A DNA stretch of 62,917 nt, counting the filler. It is 6 parts of 6 records of this genome, joined end to end, with 100 filler letters (N's around TTAATTAATTAA, not from the genome) between each part and the next. Parts side by side here need not be neighbours in the genome. Positions count along the whole stretch, not along the records: positions 1 to 30,996 come from SRR20825010_3254; 5 more parts are not named here. One strand, given 5' to 3'. Shown piece by piece: positions 9,875 through 19,388 of the stretch (its first letter is position 1; each line of letters starts with the position of its first letter). The notes under the pieces are model-generated. The model was not told the origin of the DNA, searched no databases, and saw only the letters and a list, made by a program, of their open reading frames with translations. Made by a program: the position numbers and the translations under genes.

Positions 9875-10249
9875 ATGACGGTGCTCGATAATTTTGACGA
9901 ATACTACTTGAATAAAGAAGAGCCGAACAAAAGCTGTTTACTGGCTTTGCGAAGTCTAATTCTGAAACAAGACGAAGAAGTTACGGAAACAAAAAAGTAC
10001 GGGATGCCTTGCTTCTGTTTCAAGAAGAAGATGTTTTGCTACCTATGGACAGACAAGAAAACAGACGAGCCCTATATTCTTTTTGTGGAAGGAAAACTGT
10101 TAGGTCATCCAAAGCTAGAAACCGGTACACGTGCTAGAATGAAGATTTTCAGAGTAAACCCAAATACAGACCTACCTAAAGACACTATAGAAATGCTTCT
10201 ACAGAGCGCATTGGATTTATACAGAAAGGGAATCATCAAGACCAAATAA
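9875..10249 (+). CDS. DUF1801 (YdhG-like) domain protein
   Basis: ETKKYGMPCF...FCYLW pattern. Confidence 0.75.
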   Translation: MTVLDNFDEYYLNKEEPNKSCLLALRSLILKQDEEVTETKKYGMPCFCFKKKMFCYLWTDKKTDEPYILFVEGKLLGHPKLETGTRARMKIFRVNPNTDLPKDTIEMLLQSALDLYRKGIIKTK

Positions 10250-10423
10250 GTCCTAAATCGATCTTTCAATTCTTTCAGCTTTCAAATCATAACAATTTGA
10301 TAAATAGCACACTTCGATAACCACACATTATTCACCTAAATTTTAGAGATACTTTATTCTTATTTGTGTACAGCACATATGAAATGAATAGAGGCCAATT
10401 TTTATCATCTAAATTTTAAGACA

Positions 10424-10999
10424 ATGAAAAAAATATTATTCCTCACTGGAGACTTCACAGAAGATTACGAAACAATGGTCCCTTTTCAGATGCTTGAAAT
10501 GGTGGGTTACGAAGTGCATACTGTATGTCCTGATAAGAAAAAAGGCGATATAGTTAAAACTGCCATCCACGATTTTGAAGGAGATCAAACCTATACAGAA
10601 AAACCTGGTCACAATTTCGCATTGAACTATAGCTTTGACGAGGTGAATGTTGAGGACTACCAAGGCTTAGTCATTGCTGGCGGTAGAGCACCTGAGTATT
10701 TGAGGCTGAACCAGAGAATCATAGAAATCACAAAGTACTTTTTCGCTAATAACAAACCAGTAGCGGCCATTTGCCACGGTATTCAAATCCTAACTGCTGC
10801 CGATGTTGTGAAAGGAAGAAAACTCACCGCTTACCCAGCTGTTGGCCCTGAAGTGACTTTGGCAGGTGGAGAATTTCAATCCATTCCTGCAGATGGCGTT
10901 TTTGTAGATGGAAACCTAGTTACTTCTCCAGCCTGGCCAGCACACCCAAGCTTTATCAGAGAATTCCTAAAAGTGATGGGCGCTAAAATCGAAATATAA
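10424..10999 (+). CDS. DJ-1/PfpI family protein
   Basis: [22 protein letters not shown] nucleophile elbow. Confidence 0.92.
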   Translation: MKKILFLTGDFTEDYETMVPFQMLEMVGYEVHTVCPDKKKGDIVKTAIHDFEGDQTYTEKPGHNFALNYSFDEVNVEDYQGLVIAGGRAPEYLRLNQRIIEITKYFFANNKPVAAICHGIQILTAADVVKGRKLTAYPAVGPEVTLAGGEFQSIPADGVFVDGNLVTSPAWPAHPSFIREFLKVMGAKIEI

Positions 11000-11034
11000 C
11001 TCGATTTCAAAGTAGGAATCAACTATACATCAAA

Positions 11035-11079
11035 TGTCCGATAATGGCTTAGCAAAGCTGTTGTCGGACATTATTTTTT
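11035..11079 (+). terminator. Intrinsic terminator between convergent pfpI-like and xdhC genes
   Basis: TGTCCGATAATGGCTT-agca-AAGCTGTTGTCGGACA stem (with G-U pairs), then T-rich tail. Confidence 0.65.
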
Positions 11080-11098
11080 ATAACACAAAAAAGCAACT

Positions 11099-12106
11099 TC
11101 ATCGGTTACCCCCATTCTTCACTTTAATTACTTCTGCCATTACGCTCAGCGCAATTTCTCGGGGTAATTTGGAACCAATATCAATTCCTATGGGCGCATG
11201 AATACGATCAATTTCTTCGGAACCAAAACCATAATCTTTCAATCTTTCCACACGCTTGGCATGGGTCTTTCGACTGCCCAAAGCACCAATATAAGTCACT
11301 TCAGATTTCAGCAAAAGCTTCAAGGCTTCATCGTCTATTTTAGGATCGTGAGAGAGGATCACGGCATAAGTGTTCTTGTCCAATTTCAAATTGGGCAACA
11401 CTTCTTGTGGCCATTGAACATGGATGGTTTCTGGCTTTACTTTATACTGTGTTTTGTCTGCAAAAGTAGCCCTAGGGTCAATTAATAATGTTTCGAAACC
11501 AAACATATGCGCCAATTCCGTCAGCTCAACAGTAATATGTGCCGAACCGATGAGCAGCATGACTGGTTTTTTGGGAAAAACCTGTACAAAATGATCTCCT
11601 GAGCTTAGCACTTTGCTATCCCCTTCATTGAAAGCTTGCTCTAATTCAGGCAGAAGTGATTTCTCAAAAGCGGCTCCTGTGCTTTCTCCATTGGCTTTTA
11701 CGATGGAATACTGCGGCTTATCTTCCAAACTAGACAAGAGCATAAAACCTTCATCTTGATTTAAAAGCTCATCCATTGTAGTCCAAATGGCTTCTGGGTA
11801 AAATGGCTGGACAAATACATCCAGAGCACCACCGCAACTCAACCCTACTTCCCAAGCCTCCTCGTCAGAAACACCAAAATGAAGTAGCTCTGCTTTTCCA
11901 TTTTTAATGATTTCGAGTCCTTTTTTCACTACAGCACCTTCCACACAACCACCGCTCACTGAGCCAGTCATTTCTCCGTTTGCGGAAATAATCAATGCAG
12001 AACCTATGGGTCTTGGCGAACTTTTCCATGTATTGATTACCGTAGCAATAGCAAGAGTTTGCCCTTCTCTGTTTAATTTGCGTATACTTGAAACTATATC
12101 AATCAT
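11099..12106 (-). CDS. xdhC: XdhC/CoxI family molybdenum-cofactor insertion accessory protein
   Basis: SSPRPIGS, GSVSGGCVE, GLSCGG, YIGALGSRKT, APIGIDIG, EIALS. Confidence 0.9.
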   Translation of the reverse strand: MIDIVSSIRKLNREGQTLAIATVINTWKSSPRPIGSALIISANGEMTGSVSGGCVEGAVVKKGLEIIKNGKAELLHFGVSDEEAWEVGLSCGGALDVFVQPFYPEAIWTTMDELLNQDEGFMLLSSLEDKPQYSIVKANGESTGAAFEKSLLPELEQAFNEGDSKVLSSGDHFVQVFPKKPVMLLIGSAHITVELTELAHMFGFETLLIDPRATFADKTQYKVKPETIHVQWPQEVLPNLKLDKNTYAVILSHDPKIDDEALKLLLKSEVTYIGALGSRKTHAKRVERLKDYGFGSEEIDRIHAPIGIDIGSKLPREIALSVMAEVIKVKNGGNR

Positions 12107-12142
12107 TACTGCACATTATTCACCCTAAAAACGAAGATACAC

Positions 12143-13123
12143 TTGCTTTACGATAATCACGGCAGACAACTCAGATATTTGAGATTAGGAGTAACCGATA
12201 GGTGCAACCTGCGCTGCTTTTATTGTATGCCCGAAGATGGATTGAATTTCAGCCATCGGAGCCAAATTCTTTCTTTTGAAGAAATAGAAAGATTGATGCG
12301 GATTCTGGCAGAAATGGGAATCAATAAAGTGAGAATTACGGGCGGTGAACCTTTCGTTCGGAAGAATATAATAGAGTTGATTGAAAACATCAGTACTATT
12401 GAAGGCATTAACTCCGTGAACATTACCACCAACGGAACCAGCTTAATTGAGCATTTGCCCAAACTCAAAGCCATTGGAATTGATGCCATCAACCTTAGTC
12501 TTGATTGCTTGGATAAGGAGCGCTTTCTGAAAATCACCAGAAGGGACGAATATGATCAGGTAATGGATTCGTTTCATGCGCTGATGGACTCGGGAATTAC
12601 GACCAAAATCAATATGGTGGTGATGGAAGAGCACAATATCGAAGATATCATTCCTATGTGCGAACTCACTTTACAGCATAAGGTAAGCGTTCGATTTATT
12701 GAAGAAATGCCTTTCAACGGAGGTGGGAAAAAATTTACACCAATTACATGGAATGCCCGACAAATTCTGGCGCATATTCAAGGCCATTACCCGAATGTTG
12801 AAAGGCTCCCTGACCCAGAAAGCTCTACTTCCCTCAACTATCAATTACCGAATGCCAAAGGAAGTTTCGGGATCATTCCGGCCTATACACGTACCATTTG
12901 CCATTCCTGCGATAGAATAAGGTTAACACCAAAAGGCGAACTAAAAACCTGTCTTTATGATGGGGGAAGCTTCAGCTTTAGAGACTTTATGCGGGCTGGT
13001 GCTACAGACGAAGAAATTAGAAATCAGTTCAGAACGCTGTTCAGCAACCGAGCAAAAGACGGGTTCGAAGCCCAACAAAAATCATCAAATCCTTTTGAAT
13101 CAATGGCCACCATTGGCGGATAA
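12143..13123 (+). CDS. moaA: GTP 3',8-cyclase (radical SAM)
   Basis: CNLRCFYC, TGGEP, C-terminal CHSCDRIR...C cluster and terminal IGG; TTG start. Confidence 0.95.
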   Translation: MLYDNHGRQLRYLRLGVTDRCNLRCFYCMPEDGLNFSHRSQILSFEEIERLMRILAEMGINKVRITGGEPFVRKNIIELIENISTIEGINSVNITTNGTSLIEHLPKLKAIGIDAINLSLDCLDKERFLKITRRDEYDQVMDSFHALMDSGITTKINMVVMEEHNIEDIIPMCELTLQHKVSVRFIEEMPFNGGGKKFTPITWNARQILAHIQGHYPNVERLPDPESSTSLNYQLPNAKGSFGIIPAYTRTICHSCDRIRLTPKGELKTCLYDGGSFSFRDFMRAGATDEEIRNQFRTLFSNRAKDGFEAQQKSSNPFESMATIGG

Positions 13124-13132
13124 AATCACCCT

Positions 13133-14341
13133 ATGGAATTCATTCAGTTTACAGAAGCACTTAATATAGTTAAAAACCACCCTTTCATTCCCTTAGTTGA
13201 AAAAAGAGAATTAAAGGACTGCGTAGGTTTAATCTTAAACGAAGACCTCAAAGCCGATCGTCCCTTCCCTCCTTTTGACAGAGTAACAATGGACGGAATT
13301 GCCATCGCTTTTTCCGAGTTTGAAATAGGGCAACGTAGTTTTAAAATTGAAAAAACCATTCCTGCTGGCACACCACAATATACTGTCAAGAATGTGGCGA
13401 AATGTGTACAAATTATGACGGGTGCTATGATGCCCATTGGCTTAGATACTGTGATTCGTTATGAAGATTTAACCATTGCGGATGACACAGCAACCGTTAA
13501 TATTGAAACGATTAAGCCACAACAGAACGTCCATTTTAAGGGAATGGATAAACAATCGGGTGATACCCTTCTTAAAAAAGGAATTAAGTTAGGCGCGCCA
13601 GAAATGAATATTGCTGCGGCCATTGGAAAGGCTGATCTTTCCGTACTTATTCCGCCCAAAGCGGTAATCATCACCACTGGCGATGAATTAGTACCCATTG
13701 AAACCACTCCTGAAGCACACCAAATTAGAAGGTCAGGAAACTACGGAATACAGGCTTTGCTCAATCAATATGGAGTAGAAACGTCAATGCATCATATGAA
13801 TGATGATAAAGCTTTGATGAAAGAAGATTTGACAGCGTTAATCGAGACATATCAATGCATTGTGTTAACCGGAGGAGTGTCGAAAGGCAAGTTTGACTAC
13901 CTCCCTGAAATTTTAGATGAGCTGGGTGTTCAGAAGCATTTCCACAAAGTAAATCAACGACCAGGAAAGCCCTTTTGGTTTGGTACTGCGACCAAGGGAA
14001 GCACCATTTTCGCCTTGCCAGGCAATCCGGTTTCTTCTTTTATGTGCGCCTCAGTATATATTCAAGCCTGGGTAAATGCTTCGCTAAAAATCACTCCAAA
14101 AACGATCAAAGTAAAACTTGACGAAGAGGTCAGTTTTCCACGACCACTCACCTACTTTTTAGAGTGTGCCATTACCTTTGACGAAAATGGAACCTTAATG
14201 GCCTCCCCTTTTATAGGGCATGGATCAGGAGATTTCGCCAATCTTGCTGTGGCCGATGGTTTCGTAGTGCTCCCAGATAACAAATCCGTTTTCAAAGCTG
14301 GAGAAATCTATGATTTTGTACCTTTTAGAAATCTGTTTTAA
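13133..14341 (+). CDS. moeA: Molybdopterin molybdotransferase
   Basis: PPFDRVTMDG, IMTGA, TGDEL, TGGVSKG, RPGKP, LPGNPVS. Confidence 0.93.
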   Translation: MEFIQFTEALNIVKNHPFIPLVEKRELKDCVGLILNEDLKADRPFPPFDRVTMDGIAIAFSEFEIGQRSFKIEKTIPAGTPQYTVKNVAKCVQIMTGAMMPIGLDTVIRYEDLTIADDTATVNIETIKPQQNVHFKGMDKQSGDTLLKKGIKLGAPEMNIAAAIGKADLSVLIPPKAVIITTGDELVPIETTPEAHQIRRSGNYGIQALLNQYGVETSMHHMNDDKALMKEDLTALIETYQCIVLTGGVSKGKFDYLPEILDELGVQKHFHKVNQRPGKPFWFGTATKGSTIFALPGNPVSSFMCASVYIQAWVNASLKITPKTIKVKLDEEVSFPRPLTYFLECAITFDENGTLMASPFIGHGSGDFANLAVADGFVVLPDNKSVFKAGEIYDFVPFRNLF

Positions 14342-14344
14342 ATC

Positions 14345-14821
14345 ATGAGCAAAGAATTTACCCATATAGATCAGAACAAGCCCACCATGGTAGATGTTGG
14401 TGATAAGTCAGAAACCAAACGCACGGCCATTGCTCAAAGCATTGTTCAACTTCCTGCAGAAATGAAAGAACATATTGCTGAAGGCGAGATTATAACTTTG
14501 AAAGGCCCTGTTTTTCAAACCGCTATCATTGCTGGTATTCAGGGAGCAAAAAGAACTTCTGAACTAATTCCACTTTGCCATAATTTGCCTTTGAGTAAAG
14601 TTGAAATCGACATCAAACTTCTAGAAAATCTTCGGGTTGAAATTACCTGTGAAGCCAGAACTTTTGGGAAAACTGGCGTTGAAATGGAAGCCTTGACTGG
14701 CGCATCGGTAGCCGCCTTAACGGTTTATGATATGTGCAAGGCGTTTTCTCACAACATAGAAATTCAAAACACCCGCTTGATGAAAAAGACAGGCGGAAAA
14801 AGTGATTTTACCCAAGCCTAA
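14345..14821 (+). CDS. moaC: Cyclic pyranopterin monophosphate synthase
   Basis: MVDVGDK, LIPLCH, TGVEMEALT, YDMCKA, KTGGKS. Confidence 0.95.
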   Translation: MSKEFTHIDQNKPTMVDVGDKSETKRTAIAQSIVQLPAEMKEHIAEGEIITLKGPVFQTAIIAGIQGAKRTSELIPLCHNLPLSKVEIDIKLLENLRVEITCEARTFGKTGVEMEALTGASVAALTVYDMCKAFSHNIEIQNTRLMKKTGGKSDFTQA

Positions 14822-14849
14822 TACTTGGTTTAATTCCTCCAAATTTTAA

Positions 14850-14857
14850 TAGCTTTG
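14850..14857 (+). promoter_or_regulatory. Candidate Bacteroidota -7 promoter element (TAGCTTTG) upstream of the MoaD-like gene
   Basis: Exact TAnnTTTG match ending 5 nt before the ATG at 14863. Confidence 0.5.
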
Positions 14858-14862
14858 AGATT

Positions 14863-15129
14863 ATGCCTCATGTAATGTTTACTTCTGCCCTCAAAACCTT
14901 CTTCCCTAACTTAAAGGAAGAATATATTGAAGCGGACAGCATTGAAGCACTTCTTTCGGAACTCGAGAAAAAACACCAAGGAATACAAGGCTATTTGGTT
15001 GACGAAAAAGGTCAGATTCGAGAACATGTTAAGTTCTATATTGACGATGAACCTTATGATATCAAGGTGCATACCGAAATACCAAAATCAGCTCAAATTC
15101 ATATTATACAAGCCATATCGGGAGGGTAA
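14863..15129 (+). CDS. MoaD/ThiS-family ubiquitin-like protein
   Basis: 88 aa, beta-grasp pattern, C-terminal QAISGG; stop overlaps the next start (TAATG). Confidence 0.88.
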   Translation: MPHVMFTSALKTFFPNLKEEYIEADSIEALLSELEKKHQGIQGYLVDEKGQIREHVKFYIDDEPYDIKVHTEIPKSAQIHIIQAISGG

Positions 15130-16187
15130 TGAAATTAGCAGTAGGCACAGACAAAGGCTTGCTTATTTATAAGCAAGCAGAAAACAACGGGTGGGTATTG
15201 GCCGATATCCATTTTATAGGAATGCCTATTGGTGCTTTTCATACCGATGAAAATCAACGTTGGTGGGTGGCCATTAATCATAAGCATTGGGGGCCTAAAG
15301 TTTACGTTTCAGCAAACATGGGTGAAACCTTTACTGAAGTGGGTAGCCCGAAATTTTCAACAGAAAGCCCTTTTACGCTCAAATCCATTTGGACGATTGA
15401 GTCTCAAAGCATAGGTAATGTTCATCTCGTATACATAGGTACCGAACCTGCTGCCTTATTTTACTCTGATGACTTGGGTGAAAGTTGGAAAGAAATGAGC
15501 GGACTTAGCAACCACCCTTCTCGATCCAGTTGGCAAGGCGGTGGAAAAGGAAGTAACTCTCCATTTCTACACACGATCTTATCAAATTCAGAAAATGAAA
15601 AGCATTTAATCGTGGGTATTAGCTGTGCTGGCGTTTTCCAAACTTATGATGGCGGAATAACTTGGCAGCCAACCAATAAAGGACTCAAAGCCTTCTTTCT
15701 ACCCAATACAGAAAGTGTTGTGGGCCACGATCCACATACGATTTGCCAATCGAAAACAAATCCCAATGTGCTTTGGCAACAAAACCACTGTGGCATCTAC
15801 CGCTCCGAGAACCTAGGGAAAACATGGCGAGACGTTACTGACAAGAAAGGAAAAGCAGTTTATGGTTTTGCAATGGCCATTGCGGAAGACAATGATTCAG
15901 AGGCTTGGGTAATTCCGGCACAGAGCGATCATTTGAGAATTCCACATGAGCAAAACCTAGCAGTGTATTATACAAAAGATGCTGGGCAAAACTGGGAGTC
16001 GCTCGAAAATGGGCTTCCCAAACCAGCATTCGATTTGATACTGCGCGATGCAATGGACATCAAGGGTAATGCTTTGGTCTTCGGTACAAACAATGGCAAC
16101 CTCTATATCTCGATCGACAAAGGCCAGCATTGGACTACAATAAGTCAGAATTTAAGCACGATTCGATCCGTTGCATTCTTCCTTTAG
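15129..16187 (+). CDS. BNR/Asp-box beta-propeller protein (WD40/YVTN/BNR-like), no signal peptide
   Basis: Repeated Asp-boxes: SANMGETF, SDDLGESW, TYDGGITW, SENLGKTW, TKDAGQNW, SIDKGQHW; also GHDPH and WQQNHCG. Confidence 0.85.
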   Translation: MKLAVGTDKGLLIYKQAENNGWVLADIHFIGMPIGAFHTDENQRWWVAINHKHWGPKVYVSANMGETFTEVGSPKFSTESPFTLKSIWTIESQSIGNVHLVYIGTEPAALFYSDDLGESWKEMSGLSNHPSRSSWQGGGKGSNSPFLHTILSNSENEKHLIVGISCAGVFQTYDGGITWQPTNKGLKAFFLPNTESVVGHDPHTICQSKTNPNVLWQQNHCGIYRSENLGKTWRDVTDKKGKAVYGFAMAIAEDNDSEAWVIPAQSDHLRIPHEQNLAVYYTKDAGQNWESLENGLPKPAFDLILRDAMDIKGNALVFGTNNGNLYISIDKGQHWTTISQNLSTIRSVAFFL

Positions 16188-16229
16188 TTGAGGAAGAAAT
16201 CGATTAGACAAAATCGAATCCCTCAAATT

Positions 16230-16790
16230 TCAGGCACTTTGGATTTGACAATTCTGACCCTTCAACAATTCTTCAATATGATCTAGGTCTAAACTATCAA
16301 CGGTGTTCTTGAAATTTGCTTTATACTCTTGCACTAGCTCTTTCCTTTTCATCGCCTCTAAAAAACGTCTCATGTCCTCTCTAGATTCCAATACCAAACC
16401 AGGGACTGGAATTGCCTTTTTAGAAGTTGCATCCAAACGTACCATAGTAAAGTATGAAGAGTTGGTGTGCCTGATTTCTCCCGTAATAATACTTTCCGCT
16501 TCTACCCTTATACCAACAGTTACTGAAGAAGTACCTACATGATTTACAGAAGCATGTAAATGCACTAGATCACCTACCTCAACGGGTGCTAAAAAATCAA
16601 CCACATTCATTGAGGCCGTAACACAATAACCACCAGCGTGCTTGGCAGAGCAAGCATAAGCTACCTTATCCATCAAAGAAAGTATAGTTCCTCCATGAAT
16701 TTTGCCACCAAAATTGGCATAAGAAGGAATCATTAACTCTGTAATCAGAGTCTTGGAATAATTAACAGAACGGTAAACTGATTGAGTCAT
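16230..16790 (-). CDS. Acyl-CoA thioesterase (hotdog fold, YciA-like)
   Basis: ANFGGKIHGG...MD, VTAS, VGTSS. Confidence 0.9.
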   Translation of the reverse strand: MTQSVYRSVNYSKTLITELMIPSYANFGGKIHGGTILSLMDKVAYACSAKHAGGYCVTASMNVVDFLAPVEVGDLVHLHASVNHVGTSSVTVGIRVEAESIITGEIRHTNSSYFTMVRLDATSKKAIPVPGLVLESREDMRRFLEAMKRKELVQEYKANFKNTVDSLDLDHIEELLKGQNCQIQSA

Positions 16791-17004
16791 ATGGAGAGTT
16801 TCTGGATTAGGCTAAAGATGACAAAAGTTTTTAAGTTGGTCGACATCTATTTTAATGCTTTCAGGGTTTGAAGCGCTAAAGTGAAGCTTATTTATTTTTA
16901 AAAAACCTTCCAACATAACAATTTATTTACTCTTAATTAATTCTATTGCGTATTATATTCTGTAAAATGCGATACTCTTCGTATATTGCGGCATATCTGC
17001 GCCA

Positions 17005-17595
17005 ATGAAACTCCTAAAATTTATCCCTTTCTGTTTTTTCCTAGTCCTGTGTGTTGGCTGTAAGGCTCAAGACAACAAGGCTGATCAAATAAAAATGGCA
17101 TTACTGGCTGCTCCTGTTGAAGTGAGAGACGGTGCTCATGTTTATGGATTCGATAATGATGGAAAGTTCATCACGTTGCGTGAAGGAACAAACGGTTTTA
17201 TTGTTCGCTCTGATGATCCAAATCAAGAAGGATTTGAAGTAGTGTGTTACGGAGTTGATGCTGAACCTTTCATGGCCCGAGGACGTGAGTTAAAATCAAA
17301 AGGTAAAGGCAGGGCAGATATACTTTCAATGAGAGAAGAAGAAGCCGAAGCTGGTACTTTAAAAATGCCCAATTATGGTTCTGTGCTTCATATCTATTAT
17401 GGCACCGATGCCAAATACAACCCTGAAACCGAGGAAATTGAAGGAGCAAGTTATAGATATGTAATCTATACACCTCAAGCCACTCAAGCGTCAACAGGAT
17501 TACCTCTAAGACCAAATGGCCCTGGCCATCCGTGGTTGATGTTTCCCGGAACACACCGGGCTCATATAATGATTACCCCACCGGAGGGAAATTAA
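17005..17595 (+). CDS. Hypothetical exported protein/lipoprotein
   Basis: Signal peptide with possible lipobox (CVGC); followed by a terminator. Confidence 0.7.
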   Translation: MKLLKFIPFCFFLVLCVGCKAQDNKADQIKMALLAAPVEVRDGAHVYGFDNDGKFITLREGTNGFIVRSDDPNQEGFEVVCYGVDAEPFMARGRELKSKGKGRADILSMREEEAEAGTLKMPNYGSVLHIYYGTDAKYNPETEEIEGASYRYVIYTPQATQASTGLPLRPNGPGHPWLMFPGTHRAHIMITPPEGN

Positions 17596-17614
17596 GATCT
17601 ATTAGAATTTACAT

Positions 17615-17655
17615 AAAGCGGGATTCGATCAACAAACATCAATCCTGCTTTTTTG
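17615..17655 (+). terminator. Intrinsic terminator
   Basis: AAAGCGGGATT...AATCCTGCTTT followed by T tract. Confidence 0.55.
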
Positions 17656-17700
17656 AATATATTGTTTAATTGAACGGATTTCTAATCCAAAAATGAAGTT

Positions 17701-18075
17701 ATGACAGCAGAATCTAAAGGTTCAAAGTACGATGAGAAAATTGAAGAAGTAATTAGTAAGCTTTTGCGTAGAGGTTTTACCGACATTAAAGCAACTATTG
17801 AACCTTATGAAGTACCTGCAAGTATCGTAGGCCAAAATCACGAATCTGAATTGGTTCCTGATATTACTGCTGAGAAATGGGGTGGAAAAGGATACTTCGA
17901 GATTTCTAAGAAAGATGTAGACCCAAGTGAGTTAGCAAGTAAATGGAAAGTACTTGAGTTACTGGCTAAAATGAAAAGTGGTGAATTCCAGATCTATGTC
18001 CCTCACGGAAGCATGCAATTTACACAACGTATCATAGACAAGTACAACATTCAAGCAGAACTTGTTAAAATCTAA
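17701..18075 (+). CDS. Small hypothetical protein with PD-(D/E)xK-like signature
   Basis: 124 aa ORF with its own terminator; VPDITA...YFEISKK. Confidence 0.65.
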   Translation: MTAESKGSKYDEKIEEVISKLLRRGFTDIKATIEPYEVPASIVGQNHESELVPDITAEKWGGKGYFEISKKDVDPSELASKWKVLELLAKMKSGEFQIYVPHGSMQFTQRIIDKYNIQAELVKI

Positions 18076-18098
18076 TTTGAGTTTTAAACCATAACTCA

Positions 18099-18130
18099 AA
18101 AGAGCTTCTGAGGAATCAGGAGCTTTTTTT
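18099..18130. terminator. Likely bidirectional intrinsic terminator
   Basis: AAAGAGCTTCTGA-ggaa-TCAGGAGCTTTTTTT between convergent genes. Confidence 0.7.
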
Positions 18131-18143
18131 GTGCCTAATAAAT

Positions 18144-19358
18144 CTATACTGAAGACTTCCCTGCTACAAAACCTGTACTCCAAGCTGCTTGAAAGTTAAA
18201 GCCTCCAGTTACGCCATCCACATCGATCACTTCTCCCGCAAAGAATAAACCTGAGCATTTCCTGCTTTCCATGGTATTGAAATCTACATCAGCCAAGGCC
18301 ACACCTCCAGAGGTAACAAACTCTTCCTTAAAAGTTGTTTTTCCTTTCACCTCATAGGTGTCGTTCAAAAGGAGGTTGATTAATCTATTGAGGTTCTTTT
18401 TACCAAGCTCAGCCCAAATACCCTCTCTATCAATTTCTACTTTCTCCAAAAAGAAATCCCAAAGTCGATTAGGTATGTCCAATGGATTCTTATTCCTGAT
18501 TTTCCTTTTCCCAATGGTTTGAAGTGAATTAACAAACCAAGTTCTCAGCTCTTCCTCATTCATTGCTCCTAACCAGTTGACTTGAATCTTAAAGTTGTAC
18601 CCAAGCTCAGACAATACCCGAGCTCCCCAAGCGGAAGTTTTTAATATGGCCGGTCCACTCATTCCCCAGTGGGTTATGAGCAATGGCCCCGATTGCTGCA
18701 ATTTGGTTCCCTGAACACGCACAGTAGCATTTGGGACCGACAGTCCCATTAAGTTCTTGATAGGCTCCTTGGGCATATTGAAAGTAAAAAGAGAAGGTAC
18801 AGGAGAAATTATCTCGTGCCCCAAATCCTTCAGCCAATCAAAGCCTTGCGCTTTTGGGCTTCCACCAGAAGCGACAATCACTTTATCGAAATGCTGATTT
18901 TTGTCTCCAATTTGTAAATCAAAGCCTGGACTTTTAGGCTGAATAGAATTTACATTAGCGTTGAGCACCACTTGAATTCCAAGCTTACTCGTTTCCTTTA
19001 AAAAGCAGTCAATAATCGTTTGAGAGTTGTCGGTGGTAGGAAACATTCGGTTATCAGCTTCGGCTTTCAACTCTACTCCTCTTTCCTCAAACCATGCTAC
19101 GGTGTCGGTTGTTGTAAACTGCCCAAATACTTTTTTGAGCTGCTTTCCGCCCCTTGGGTAGAATTTAACTAAGTCATTATTATTAAAGCAAGCATGCGTT
19201 ACGTTACAGCGTCCGCCTCCAGACACTTTCACCTTAGACAACAGCTTTCCTGTTTTCTCAAAGATGATAACTTCAGCATCGGGTGAATAGGTTTTACAAG
19301 AAAAGGCGGCAAAAAAACCTGCCGCCCCTCCTCCAATTATTGCTATATTTTGGGGCAT
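18144..19358 (-). CDS. HI0933/BaiN-family flavoprotein
   Basis: GGGAAG, KVKVSGGGRCNVT, LITHWGMSGP, VTSGGV, TGGFNFQAAW; ATG at 19358. Confidence 0.92.
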   Translation of the reverse strand: MPQNIAIIGGGAAGFFAAFSCKTYSPDAEVIIFEKTGKLLSKVKVSGGGRCNVTHACFNNNDLVKFYPRGGKQLKKVFGQFTTTDTVAWFEERGVELKAEADNRMFPTTDNSQTIIDCFLKETSKLGIQVVLNANVNSIQPKSPGFDLQIGDKNQHFDKVIVASGGSPKAQGFDWLKDLGHEIISPVPSLFTFNMPKEPIKNLMGLSVPNATVRVQGTKLQQSGPLLITHWGMSGPAILKTSAWGARVLSELGYNFKIQVNWLGAMNEEELRTWFVNSLQTIGKRKIRNKNPLDIPNRLWDFFLEKVEIDREGIWAELGKKNLNRLINLLLNDTYEVKGKTTFKEEFVTSGGVALADVDFNTMESRKCSGLFFAGEVIDVDGVTGGFNFQAAWSTGFVAGKSSV

Positions 19359-19388
19359 GCCCAAAGATATGAAGACTAATTCAATGCC

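Noticed and set aside
15129-16187. Annotation of the propeller as a sialidase or xyloglucanase
   Set aside because: Asp-boxes are structural only; there is no signal peptide and no clear sialidase catalytic set, and the context points to the ubiquitin-like partner.
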